The position numbers were made by a program, and so were the translations under genes. From Heterodontus francisci (taxonomy: Eukaryota): 64,000 bases of DNA. Within the stretch, counting starts at the first letter, position 1. Every line of letters begins with the position of its first letter. The notes below the pieces were generated by a model, which worked only from the letters and a program-made list of their open reading frames with translations, did no database searches and was not told where the DNA came from. Shown here piece after piece: positions 1-13,149 of the stretch. The stretch lies in the NCBI RefSeq assembly GCF_036365525.1, contig NC_090405.1, positions 33,982,224-34,046,223 of the forward strand, given 5' to 3'.

Positions 1-545
1 GATCAAAGGTCGGGCTTCAAAGGTTGAGTTTTTCTGCGGTATCCAAATGAACTGTGGCAATGTTTTTGAACATACTGTTCTCTATAGAGCTGTGGACCCT
101 TCTCACGTATCTTTGGAAGTTGTACCTCCTGGAGTACTTGAAATTAGTGCTGGAGGTTCCCAGTGCGCTGTGCTCGCCTGGAATGTTTTTTAGATGGGGT
201 TTTTCCATCTTGAGTTGTACACAGTTATTAATTATTCAATCTGTGAATCACATTAAAGAAGACTGCTCACAGGTTTCTGGGAGGAGAGAAGTGGGAGAGT
301 GTTTATGTTGTATAAAAGACTGGCATCAACAGTCGGGGTGGGGTGGTGTTGGCACAAAGAAAGATCACGGGTAGTCTGCATTTATATAATGCAACATTAA
401 TCCTATCAAGCCAAATGAAGTGTCTTTTGAAGTGTAGTCTCTGTTGCAGTGTAGAGTATGAATAATATAATGCAGAGAGATCTAAAAGCTAATGAAGGCC
501 CTCAGGTGGGTATCCCTGATTAAGTAGTTTTTAAGTATAGTTGTT

Positions 546-791
546 TCAGACATTGAAGAACTCAGCAGGGTCCTGTTTATTTGGCACCGTGATTGTTGTC
601 CTTAAAGAACATTTGGGCATGCCAAATGTAACAGCTGTCAAACCTGACAACACAGCAATTGAAGTAACTTCTAATGCACATACTAACACAGATATTAACC
701 CAATTGGGAGAAGATTGTAGTAAATGACAACAGCTGCTACCAGGGCAGTTAATAGAGCAGTGATTAGACCAGCAAAATAGGAACATAGGAA
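546..791 (-). CDS. Possible terminal exon of an unidentified membrane protein (two hydrophobic helices)
   Basis: Minus-strand acceptor tcttttttctgtttcgcag, then 81 open codons (FLCSYFAGLITALLTALVAAVVIYY...LISVLVCALEVTSIAVLSGLTAVTFG...) to TGA. No upstream exon identified. Confidence 0.3.
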   Translation of the reverse strand, partial: FLCSYFAGLITALLTALVAAVVIYYNLLPIGLISVLVCALEVTSIAVLSGLTAVTFGMPKCSLRTTITVPNKQDPAEFFNV

Positions 792-999
792 CTGCGAAAC
801 AGAAAAAAGACCAAAATCCATCTAGTTTCCCTTCCACCATCCTGCATGAAATTGGAGTTGTTGACTAATCACAGCGATCGATTTTTATCAATGAGTCTAC
901 AACAGATCCTGTCATGAGTTGAGGAACACTCCAGTGATCCAAAGTTACTTATTCCTCCCAGACCATGTGACACTTAACCACATGGCAGCTTTCAAATTA

Positions 1000-1600
1000 A
1001 TCAGTATTATCTGATTCCACATTCTCCCCAGGGAGCCTGTTCCATAGATTGAGCACTTGCTCACTGAATTCATATTTCCACAGCTGAGTTTTGAATTTAC
1101 CCTCTTCAAGCACAGGCTGTGTTCTCTGGTTCTACAATTCTAGATAAGGTGAAACAGCTCAGTTGACATTATCTAACCCCTTTAGAATCTAAGAAACAGC
1201 AATGATATTGCCTCGCAATTTCCTCTTTTCTAGTGAGAATGTGAATCACTCCTCTTAATCCAATCCTTCCATTTCCTCAGTCGTCTAGTTGCTCCATTCT
1301 GTATCTTTTCAATCATTGCAATATCCTCGTTGTACTCCAACGACCAAAACTGTCCACATTATTCTAAGTGCAGTCGCACCAATGATTTATAAAGTGGCAG
1401 GAATACCTCACTATTTTGGTTCAGTACTGAGCTTTTAATGTGTTCAACATCTGATTTGCTTTACTCACTTCCATTGAGTATTGTTGTGATAATTTATTGT
1501 CAGTCAGAACCCCCAAATTGTTTTAATTTTCCTTGCACTTTATTTTCTTTCCATTTAAGTAAAATCCCTTCCTGGATTCTGAGTCTTTGCATTTCTCCAG
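1000..1600 (-). mobile_element. Old CR1-type LINE 3' fragment
   Basis: Degenerate match to the 3' ORF2/UTR of the better-preserved CR1 copies at 24300 and 54400-55000. Confidence 0.5.
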
Positions 1601-3724
1601 ATGAATTTATTTACCACTTGTCTGCCCCATTCCCAAGTCCACGCAGACCTTCTCCAGCAGCGGTTACTGGAGAACAATCACAAGTGTGAACCCCAGTCAG
1701 TTGTCATAACCAAAGAGCCCATAGTTGACTCAAAACCAGGTCATCCCACCCGCCACTCCTCCAAGCTTCTGTGCTGCCTTCCTGTTCAACTTCCACTCAC
1801 ATCCTCCCATGCACTCCCTTCTTCTCAACTCTGGCCTTCCACAAGGCCTTTTCCCAGTTGGGACCTGTTCAGCCACTTCTAAGAGTGGCTATATTCAGAT
1901 ATGAGGCAGAAATTCTTTGCCTCTCAATTCCCTCACTTTAAACATGCTGTGTTACTGCACACAAGCCATTCTTCTCATTGCTTAAGTGCCAGTCGCTCTC
2001 AGTTAATACCCAATATCCCCCTTTCTCAGTATTACATAAAATTTGCAGTACAGACTATTCAGCTCATCTGATTTATGCTGTATGCCCTACTTCATCTAAC
2101 CCTTTCAGTATGTTCCAAAAATATTTAGCTTAATCTCTGTCCTCATCAGAGTTCAGCTGTGCAGCATGCTGAACTGTACTTCATACTCCCCTTTTCATGT
2201 CACATAATATGTTTCAACTGATTCAGAGTGGTCCCTGAACTCTCAATTGTGTGCTTCTTCACCCCTACTCCAGGCATACATATTCCCAGGTATGTCTGTT
2301 TTTCCATTTTTTCCATCCTTCTGTGCTGTCCCTCATTCTGTGGGCATAATGTTGGCCGTGGTGACACTGATATTGGGCCGCCACTTCTTTAGTATCTAGT
2401 TCCTTGCTCATCGTACTGGCAGCACCAAAAATGTAACGTGTGTTGTATTCGGGTCCTTTATCAGCTTCCGGTCTATCCATACACATCCATTAGGCTCACT
2501 ATTTTCCATGTCTCCACTTACACTGCCATCATGAGCAAGGCAATGGAATCAATTGGGACTGCAGCTCTGATGGACTTCTGTCTATGTTTGAGCCATTCTG
2601 ACACTTCTCCTTTGCTCCTGACATAAGCGCAAGTAAAATAGCTGCCTTGTTAGCCTACGTATCAACAATCGCTGCATTTCAAAACTAATTTGTCTTTTGT
2701 GAAGCATTTTGAGACTTGCTCGTCTGATCTGCAATATAAAATGCAAGTCAGTCTTTCCTTGTGCAACTCTTTTAAGAAATCTGGTAATATTTCCAGTTAA
2801 TTCCACAACTCCCACCGACCATCTTTATAGGGTGGGAACCGTGGCCCATATTTATAGAATCATAGAATAAAACAGTACAGAAGGAGGCTATTTGGCCCAT
2901 TGTGTCTGTGCTAGCCTGTTGAAAAGCTTTTTTTCTGCCTTGCTTGAGCACTATTTGTAATACCCCTGCACAATGGTGACTGAGATCAGCTATCTCAACA
3001 TTAGGGATCAAAAATCTGATCTTCCTGGGCTACCACAAACATTACGCAGTGCGTTTGTTTGTAGACCCATCAGGGTGGCCTCTAACTTGTATGCTGGGTG
3101 ACGCCCATCCCATTTGTAGCCTTATGGCCGCAAAATAAAATCTTGAATGTGGCAAATGCACAGATGTATCTTGGCGGTACTTCATAGCATCTAATCTGTA
3201 CTCATTTCATTTCTCTCTGATGGCTTCTTGCTCTATGCAGCTCATGAGATTTAGTTATCTGTATTATGTATCCTGTGTTCACAGCTGAGCAGTGATCAGA
3301 AAAATAAATGAATTGTTTTTAAATTGCTGAGATTTAGTTTCAGCACTTCATTCCTCAATAAAGTAGTGTTATGCTCATTTAGCTGCACATTGGTGCAGAC
3401 TTAATGAGAAGCCTAATTAGAGCTTACAGCTGCTAATGTATTTATACACTATAAAGTCCTTTAAAGCATGAACAGAATGGGAAAGAGAGCAGGAGGGTGA
3501 ATCACTTTGGTTTGCTAGGCAGCTCGGCTGTTTTAAGCACAAATGGAATTGAATGCTTGCTTTTTGTGTTGTTCAAAGCCCGCGTAGTTTCAGCATGTTG
3601 GGCAGGTGTTTTGTAGCAATTTCCAGTGCTCTGCGCCCATAGTTTCTTAGTGTCATTTCAACTGAAGTGGATATTTTTGGCAAACAACTGAATGATGAGG
3701 GGGTTGTAAATACTGCTTAGACAG

Positions 3725-3970
3725 AAAGAAAGGCTTGCATTTATATAGTGCTCATCACAACCTGAGGACATATCAAAGTGCTTTACAGCCAATGAAGTAC
3801 TTTTGAAGTGCAGTCCCTGTTATAATGTAGAAAATGTGAAAGCCAATTTGCACACGGCAAGCTCCCACAAACAGCAGTGCAATAAGAACCATCTGTTTTA
3901 ATACTGTTGATTGAGAAATAAACGTGGGCCTGGTCATAGTGCTGTGGGATCTTTTACATCCACCCAACAG
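3725..3970 (-). mobile_element. Deu-domain SINE (SacSINE1/AmnSINE1-like), 3' half
   Basis: Reverse complement of the gtgggagcttgctgtgtgcaaattggc...gtaaagcactttg tail seen in the + copies. Confidence 0.65.
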
Positions 3971-4629
3971 GGCAGAAATCTTGTACACTTTCTCTTTTGG
4001 AGGGTTTTTCTTGCTTTGCAGCAGGATGCCTTTAAATGGGAGATGTTTGGTGGCAGCAGCAAGCAGGACCCGAGTAACATGGCATTAAAAGCAGCCTAAT
4101 TGGAGGTAGTACTTCCATTTGAAATGTTGTCAGAGCTGTCTGGCGTAGCTGGGGATGTTTCTGTCCTCTCGCGTTCCCCCTTAGTCTACTTTTTTAAAAA
4201 AAAAAGCCTAACAATGCAGTACTGAACGTGTTTCAACCAGTGTTTTTGAGAAAGATTGATTTGCTTTCATTTCTGTTGCAAGTGGCGGGGGAGGGCCAAG
4301 CTTTAAATGTTACTTTTTTTTTTGTTACTGCTGGAGTTTACAGTCTGGATTAAAATGATCAGGCCTGCCCACATATTGGTTTTGGAATACACATGGCTCA
4401 GTCATGTTCCGCCATTGTCTTGTACCAGTTAATACCTACACTGAGACAGGGATTTGAATCCAGCTCAAATAAAGATAAGTTGCACTAAATTTGGAAACCC
4501 TATTGACGCCAGGAAAATAATAGCCCCTGAGGTTGGCGTTGAGGTTTCTCGGGTGAAGCTTTGTTCCAATTATTAAGTAGCATTTTCAATGTTGCTACAT
4601 GTTGTGACGAGTCCCACTCTAGAAACTTC

Positions 4630-4980
4630 AGTTGAAACTCCAGTACAGTACTGAGGGGGTGCTGCACAATTAGAGGTGCCTTCTTTCGGGTGAGATTTTA
4701 AACACAGGTCCCATCTCCCCGTTGGGTGGATGTAAAAGATCCCACAACACTGTTTTGAATTAGAGCAGGGGAGTTCTTCCCCCTCCCCAGTGCTCTGTCC
4801 AAATATTTATCCCTGAGCCACCATCACTTAACAGGTTATCTGGTGCTTTTCACATTGTTATTTGTGGAACTTGGCTCTGAGCAAATTAGCATTATAACAG
4901 TGATTGCACTTCATTGGCTGTAAAGCACTTTGGGACATCCTGAGTTGGGGAAGGTGCTATATGAATACAAATCTTTTTAG
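4630..4980 (+). mobile_element. Deu-domain SINE
   Basis: Core cagtactgagggggtgctgcac...gaggtgcc plus the shared tail. Confidence 0.7.
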
Positions 4981-6691
4981 CTGCCTCTGAATTACTGCAG
5001 CTCATTACAACATGTTATTACCTTGATAATGGATGTTCAACTTTGCAGCCTTTTCCCCACATCAGTATAATGAGGAATGTAACAGTGATGTGGGTTGTGC
5101 AAATTCATAACCTTCTCCCACTCCTTCAATTTTAACATAATTTCTTCCAAGAAATATTCACACAATAGTGACTGAGGTACCAGTCACTATCATTTTCTCG
5201 CCTGCAGAACCTGCATAACTGGATAGGTCATGGTACATGTAAAATCCGATGTCATTCACGTACCATCAGGTGCCTAGATTTTAGCTGCAGTCAGGTAGTA
5301 TAATGCATTGGCAGGATTGGGGTTGTTCTTGTCAGGTGGATGTCAGGTAGCTAAACTGGGGGAGGCTGGAACAGGGCACGGAATTTTGTTGGAGGGTTGG
5401 TGTTTCTCTGTCACTGTTAACCTTCCTGGGATAGAAGGTTGACAGAGTGTTTGGGAGTCCATCATATAAATTGGTGTATTTATAAAATAAATTCAGGGGA
5501 ATTTCTTTAAGCCGAGAGCAATGAGACTATAGAACTTTCAACCACATAGTGGTTGAAACAGTATTGTGACATTTTAAGGTGAGGCTTGATTCACATAAGA
5601 TAGAGGAACAGAAAAATATGGGGACAGAATGGGAAGAGGTAGTTAGTGGCAGGAGGCTCATGTGGAGCCTCAACACCGGCATATACCAGTTGGGCCAAAT
5701 GCCCTATTTCGGTGCTGTAGATTCTATGAGATTTAATCCTTGTGTTGCCGTTTGTCCATTTTAGTAATGTCTATTTTTGTGGGCATCAACATATTTCTCT
5801 CTATCGATCATCTGTAACAGATCTTTCTCAATATTAAAGGTTTTTTAAATTTATGAAAGCATGTTGCTCTCTGATCTTAATGGATCTAATGTCTTATTAT
5901 TGAAGTACGTTTTGCCGTGGATTTTCAGATCTCTGGTTGTACCGAATTCCTGGAAAGCCCTGGAGCTAGAAATGTAATCATTCAACAAAGAATCCTGAGC
6001 CCTTAACAAAATTGGATTCAGAAATGGATTTCATTTTAGAAATGTAATTTACACTTAACATGAATTCCACAAAGGTCTTCACGACCAACTAGCGCACGCC
6101 TGAGAGTTCTGGTTTGCCGCTATCGAGGAATTGAATAAGGTGGGGTAGCAAAAACGTGCAGCTTTGAAACATCTCAAATCACTCCGTCGGGCAGTCTGTG
6201 CTGCAGTCAGGGATGTCGCAGCAGTGCCACCTTCAGTTTGGAAAGAGCAGCTAGTGATTTAAACCTCCAGTTGTCTCCCCTGCTTTAGAGAATTTTAACA
6301 TCAGAAATAGAGAAATCACAGTGGCAAAATCTGCATTCTTCACCTTCCATTTTTGGGAGATTATATTTAAAAAGAAAAATATTTTTTGCTATTGTAGATC
6401 CCTTGCACTCCTGTGAAAATCTACAGAGCCTCAATTTAGCGGGAAACCTAATCAGCAGGTAAATGTACAAATTTCTTCTATATAGTGTGTGAAAGTTCTA
6501 CACAGCCCCATATTTAGTAAAAGGTGCTACGTTTAGGTGTTGCAGCATTAGGTGATGGATTGCTTTTAAATACCTGCACTATCCTCTAGTGTTGATGCTC
6601 TTCGTTCACTCTCTGAGTTGAAGATTCTGGAGACGATTCGATTGAAAGATGCCATTTGCAACTTCAGTAATCCAGGTAACTTAATTTCCTG

Positions 6692-7155
6692 TCAGCCATG
6701 GTTCAGTTTGTAGCACTCTTGCCTTTGATTTAGAAGGTTGTGGGTTCAAGCAGCACTTTAGAGACCCGAGCACAAAATCCGGGCTGACATTGCCAGTGCA
6801 GTGCTGAGGGAGTGCTGCATTGTCAGATGTTCGGTCTTTCAGATGTGACATTAAACTGAACATTAAACCATCTGCTCTCTCAGGCAGGCCTTTAAGATCC
6901 TGTGGCACTTTTGTGAAGAAGCGCCTTATCCCTCATCGTCCTGGTCAAGATTTATCCCTCAACTAACATCACAAAAACAGATTATCTGGTCATTATCACA
7001 TTGCTGTTTGTGGGACCTTGCTGTGTGCAAATTGTCTGCCGCGTTTTCATACATTACAACAGTGACTACACTTAAACAAAAAATACTTCTTTGGCTGTAA
7101 AGTGCTTTGGGAGGTCCTGAGGTCATGAAAGATGCTATATAAATATAAGTCTTTG
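6692..7155 (+). mobile_element. Deu-domain SINE, near full length
   Basis: tRNA-like head (ggttcagtttgtagc...ggttcaagc), Deu core gtgcagtgctgagggagtgctgcattgtcag, shared tail. Confidence 0.75.
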
Positions 7156-8677
7156 AAAGCAATAAAATAATTGGACAAGAATCTAGTTAATTCTTTTCCT
7201 CTTATGTTTTCTCACCTGTGTAAGTGGCATGATTGCATCAGTAGAAAGGCAGGAGATGAATCCTCAGCCTTCCATTATTTATGATAACTTGGCTGCAAGT
7301 AATGATGCAAGGTTAAAGAAAGGGTGACTCCATTTAAAGCTACTTAGTCACCATGTAATGGTGCCTGTAGAGGCGTAATGCAGCACATATTTTATGTGAG
7401 GTGTTAAAATGCTTTTAAATGACAGAATAATTGTTGCTTCCATGTTAACACCTGTCCACACTGTAAAGCAGTAAGGATGCCCGAGTGAATGCAAATGGTT
7501 TTGATGCACGAACTATTGTTTTGATAGAAAGATGTAACTGTGAAGTCCTTTGTTTACAGTTTGTATGAATACTTCATATCAGAGTGCAATACTGGAAATC
7601 TTTCCAAAAATAAAGGTATTGGATGGTGAGTAATTTTGTCACTGCATTAGCGTTTTCAAACTAGTTCAAATTTTTTTTTAAAGGACTTGAATTGAAATAG
7701 TTTTATAAATTTTCGCAGGATTTAGGCCGGCTATTACTTGGATGCTTTAAATTTTTGTCTACACACAGATATAGGGCTATGGTACTGTCATGGTTATGAT
7801 GCGGATTAGCAACCTGGAGGTCATGACATCAATCCCACTGTGACAGTCTGTAAATTTGACTTTAGATTGTCATTAAAAATGTAACTCATGAAGTGTCCAT
7901 CAGGCAACCTGTCACATCTGTCCAAATTGACCTGCACGCGACTGTGTGATTGACTATTATTGCCCTCTGAAGTGGCCTACCAAGTTAAAGGGCAAAAAGA
8001 GAGTGTTCCAAGAGTTTTTTTTTACATGCAATTATTTTCTGTCCTCAGTGCCCTGTTCTTCCTGGTCCATAAACGGTGTGTTAACAGCATGAGGGGGTAA
8101 TGTGTTTCCAGGTTGCTGCCAGAAGCACAGCAGTAGATTATTCCCTCCCCAGCTGTTTTCCTTTCACTGTCCCTCCCCTTCCCTCCCAGGGGACGAGGGC
8201 AGGCTGCTTGCTCCTTGTCTTCCTGCAAGCAATATGATTGGGTCTGGAATCTGGTGGTTGAAAACCTGGATCCCAACACTGAGCTGGTATTCCAGTGAGT
8301 TTATTGGAAATAGATTCTGGTTCAGTAAAATGTAATTACAGACCTTTCAGTGCACACCTGCCTTTATTTACCGCTGATGGAATCTGTCAATCTAGGGAGT
8401 GATCATTTTTTTTCTCAAAGTAATTGCATGGAAATGTGAGAACCTCTATCTTAATCAGAGAGTTGTTTCTGGTAAAACTTCTAATTTCGCTCTGTGCCCC
8501 CACAGTTATCATTTGTTATGGTGATATTCAAAGCCCCATTTTCTATTCCTTGATTTAAAATAATTCAAACTGTATATTGAATTCATTTGATTCTTTCCAT
8601 TTAATTAAAAATGAAAGTGTCGGGATACTCATCAACTGTGGCTCAAAAAATACTTACTTTTTTTGTTTCATCTGCAG

Positions 8678-8746
8678 GGGAAAGGATGTCGGGCAGGGGC
8701 AGTGATTTGTACCAGCTCTGCAAAGATATGGATGCTTCTTTGAAAG
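8678..8746 (+). CDS. Exon of unidentified gene (ERMSGRGSDLYQLCKDMDASLK); possible start ATG at 8686
   Basis: Acceptor ttttttgtttcatctgcag, donor AAG|gtttgg, phase 1-1, joins in frame to the exon at 16725. Confidence 0.6.
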
Positions 8747-9399
8747 GTTTGGTACCTTTCTATTGTAATATTGCTGTGATCGTAAAATGAACACATGCTT
8801 TCACTGTGTACCTGAGTGAGCGCACACAGTGAAACATGGACAGGACTGAACTCTTAAAGTTAAGTGCTCTTTGTTGCTGGGGTCCTGATTGGGGTTTTCC
8901 CCATGTCGTCCCAATGATGCATAATCTAGTTTGTTTCTACAGCGCCCTGCTATCATGCATTTTCTGTATTTTCAGACGTGTGATCTTGTTTTGTGTTTAA
9001 CATAGCATCACTGCCAGCTGACGCTGCAGAAACCTTTGCTTTAATCCTTTGAGAGATGAGAGACTATTTCCGTTGTTTTTCCAGTCCATGTTTTGATTTT
9101 TTTTCTCTTGTCTTCCACAATTCTAATATGTGAGCAGATATTCTAAGACGTTGCTCACAGTGAGTCAACAAACAGACTTTTTAATAACGGGTGTTATTAA
9201 TAAAGTGTGATGGGGACAGTGTTGCAGGGAATGTGTGTAACATTTACAAGAAGTGCTTGCTATGTGCAAGGCTGTCTACATAATCAAGTTAATGTAGGAA
9301 GAGCTTCTTATAGAATGCTACAGCACAGAAGGTGACCATATAGCCCATCATGACTGTGCCTTGTTTATAACTTCCTATAGTTCTCTCACCTACACTGTT

Positions 9400-10540
9400 T
9401 GGGATCATCTTCTCATTGCTGCTCTCGTATATGTTCAAGTCTTCAGAAGAAGGAATTTTCCTCGACACAAGATCAGATGGCAGGTTGTTCCACCTTGCCC
9501 ATCTTAGAGCGAAGACCTAGGTACGGAAAGTCCTCATCAGGGAACTCCTCTTTGCTGACGATGCTGCTCTAACATCTCACACTGAAGAGTGTCTGCAGAG
9601 ACTCGGCGACAGGATTGCAGCTGCCTGCAACGAATTTGGCCTAATCATCAGCCTCAAGAAAACGAACATCATGGGACAGGACGTCAGAAATGCTCCATCC
9701 ATCAATATCGGCGACCAGGCTCTGGAAATGGTTCAAGAGTTCATCTACCTAGGCTCAACTATCACCAGTAACCTGTCTCTCGATGCAGAAATCAACAAGC
9801 GCATGGGAAAGGCATCTGCTGCTATGTCCAGACTGGCCAAGAGGGTGTAGGAAAATGGCGCACTGACACAGAACACAAAAATCCGAGTGTTTCAAGCCTG
9901 TGTCCTCAGTACCTTGCTCTACGGCAGCGAGGCCTGGGCAACGTATGACAGCCAAGAGCGACGTCTCAACTCATTCCATCTTCGCTGCCTCCGGAGAATT
10001 CTTGGCATCAGGCGGCAGGACCGTATCTCCAACGCAGAAGTCTTCGAGGCGGCCAACACCCCCAGCATATACACCCTACTGAGCCAGCGGCGCTTGAGAT
10101 GTCTTGGTCATGTGAGCCGCATGGAAGATGGCAGGATCCCCAAGGACGCATTGTACAGCGAGCTCGTCACTGGTATCAGACCCACTGGCCGTCTGTGTCT
10201 CCGCTTTAAAGATGTCTGCAAATGCGACATGAAGTCCTGTGACATTGACCACAAGTTGTGGGAGTCAGTTGCCAGTGATTGCCAGAGCTGGCGGGCAGCC
10301 ATAAAGGCGGGGCTAAAGAGTGGCGAGTCGAAGAGAGTTGGGAGTTGGCAGGAAAAGAGAAGTGCAAGGAGAGAGCCAACTGTGTAACAGCCCTGACAAC
10401 CAATTTTATCTGCAGCGCTTGTGGAAGAGTTTGTCACTCTAGAATTGGCCTTTATAGCCACTCCAGGCGCTGCTCCACAAACCACTGACCACCTCTAGGC
10501 GCTTACCCATTGTCTCTCGAGACAAGGAGGCCAAAGAAGA
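9400..10540 (+). mobile_element. RTE-clade LINE, 5'-truncated (RT to 3' end)
   Basis: LLFADDAAL, GLIISLKKT, YLGS, QACVLSTLLYGSEAW and C-terminal CSACGRVCHSRIGLYSHSRRC; a few stops and a frameshift. Confidence 0.9.
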
Positions 10541-13149
10541 TATTTCAACTGATTGTCAGATCCTGATCACAACACAGGAATCCATTCACAAGTGCTTATC
10601 GTACAATAAGCTCGTCCATTTCCCCCTATATTTTGGCTACACTATTACAGCACTGTTGACTATCTTTCCATATCTAACTGGGGATTAGCTGGTCTTTGTT
10701 TAAGATCAATGTGTTTGTTCTGCTGCTTTTAATATATGGCCCCATTTTCCTGACATTGCTATCTTTCTCCCAATCCCCTGTTATTGACAAGTAGGCATAT
10801 TCAATCTTACCATATTTGTGGGCAGGTTTTCTCAGTGTTATTGATTATTCTCCTTTGCCTGCAGTGACAACTCTTTCAATGTTTTGACAACACTGCAGAA
10901 ACAGAACTGTACCAAAACACGGAGAGACACTTGAAGCTCTCCAGTACTGAAGGAATGTAAAGAGCAGGAATGTCATAGAAAAATTATTCTACTGGTTTTA
11001 CAAGTGCCAGTGACATGTGACAGTGTCCAATCACCTAGTAAATTTAAATCCTTAACACTAAGATTTGTACTTTCAACCTAGTGCAGAACAAAATTAATAA
11101 AATTACATGTGCAATCAGGAGAATCATTTGGAAATGTTAGCGATTGACTTTAGTTATAAAGTAAAAATTAGAAAACAAACCAGTCAAAATATATAGTGTA
11201 ACATGAGGAAAAGATGCAAGTATCTTATTTTAGGAGCAAAATATACCAACAGTACAATTTCGACTCACTATCTTGTGCCAATTAATATTTTGTGCAAAGT
11301 AATCTGGAGGTAGCTGGTCAATGCTTGGAAGGGCATTCTAACGAGAGTAACGTTCTGCAATGTGTCTTTGGGTAATCTCTGTATAAGACATATGTGATGT
11401 ACCACAAAAAGTACAGAATGGTTTTTGGGAATATGAAGAATGTGTGGTGTAAAGTATCATATTCCAGTGTTGGTGGATTTACAAAATAATATTTTAAAAG
11501 CCCCTGCCTTGTTGGAGAAATTACAATATTGCAGTAAATGTTTCACTTTTGCACTCCTACCACAGAACAGCACATGTTGAAATATCAGTCAGGGATGTTA
11601 GTGGGCCTGGAATGCAGCTTACCTTATTTTCCGACCATTTAAATTATTAAATGTAAAATTAGGTGAGGGGTGTTATGGGCGCCCAGTATTCCTGTATGCG
11701 CGTAGTCATGGATCTCGAGTGCTTACAGAAATTGCCCCCATTGTCCTTGTAGCTTCCTGGAGAAACGTCATTCTTAGATCCGTCAGGAAAAGTGAATAAA
11801 CTTGGGCGACAAGTTGTTTTTAGGAACTATTTCCTACTAGTTAGGATTGTTGCCCTATGGTGTAGCATTTATTTTTTTTCTGCTCTTCTCTAACAGAGTT
11901 CTTTGCTTCAGTCTTCTCTGTTATTTCTAATGGACAGTGCTGCCAAACTTGTTTTCCTCACCCTCTTTTGATTTGTTCTTTTCTCCCTGCCTGCTCTGCA
12001 ACACCACCTGTCAGTAAGGGAAGACAACTGTGCGTGTGGCTATCTCTACCGCCAGAGTACGAGTGGTATCTAGTGTTAGTGCGGATCTTTTACTGGTGTC
12101 ATAGAAGGGAAAAAGTAGACCAGTAAGGAATGGAGGCATTGTCATAGAATCTTACAGCATAGGAGGGGACCATTCACCCCATTGAGTCCATTGTTTAGGA
12201 TTGTGGAAGGATCCATTGATCGTATCTTGGTATTCCTTTAAATATTGATGGCACAATTGAGTGCTGAAAGATAATTGTGTTGTGGCAACTTCCAGAATAT
12301 CTGTGGTCATGTACATCCTGGACATTACTTGAGTGGAAACCCCTTCCTATTCATGAAAGTCATGGCAGTGTTGAAAGGAGCCCCCATGTGGCCATAAGTT
12401 CCATCAGCGAGGTCCTGCTTTCTTGTGCTATCTATTAAAAGTGCATAGCCCTTTCCTGCTGCTGGTATATTTCCCTCAGGAAGGTGATGGTCATTTTCTT
12501 GGCTAACAAGCCATCAGTGACTTGACGTAGACTGTAGACCGGCTGATCTGATGTCACCCAAGGCAGCTTAAAAAGTTTTGTTGAAGACAGTGGTGACTTT
12601 GACTGTCACAGGCAGAGTCCAACCAGGGTGAAGTTTACAGATCAGACTGCATGCAGGAGGTGCACAATTCAGAGACCGTTCTCTGATGAAATGTAAATGG
12701 TAAAGTAAGTGGCGGGCTCTGTAGCCATTTCCTTGGGTAACGACCTGCTAATTCACACTACCTTTAATGTTCTCTCCCTTTAACTGTGGTTGCATTCCTT
12801 TTTTTATATTTACCATCATGAGCTTTATATAACATTTTAAGTTTATGCACAAGATCAAAACCAGCAACAATAACATTTTACAACATCATAACATACCCTT
12901 TACTTTAGATCAACTTGTGAAAATGCAGTAGGTCCTTATCACTAAGTGGCAACACCAACCTCTTTGTCCATCCTTTATGTTACTTAGGATGGTTTGCAAA
13001 CAATTTGAGTGTCTCGTCATTTTGCTCCTTAAAACATAGGACAAGGTTACCTTGAACAGTTCTTGCAAACAGGATTCAGGCTGAGGCAACTGGACTGTCA
13101 CTAACCAGTCTCACAGTTATGAATTGAGTTGTATGGCGGTACTGCTTCT

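Noticed and set aside
2-208. Open frames at the window start (+ 2-193; - 17-208)
   Set aside because: Mirror-image frames with no recognisable homology and no convincing splice or start context; cannot tell which, if either, is coding.
2200-2640. Protein-looking ORF 2265-2486 (-) with an upstream acceptor-like site
   Set aside because: All three frames after the acceptor hit stops; more likely decayed sequence.
5929-5973. Candidate 45-nt exon
   Set aside because: The phase needed to join the 8678 exon contains a TAG, and the donor is weak.
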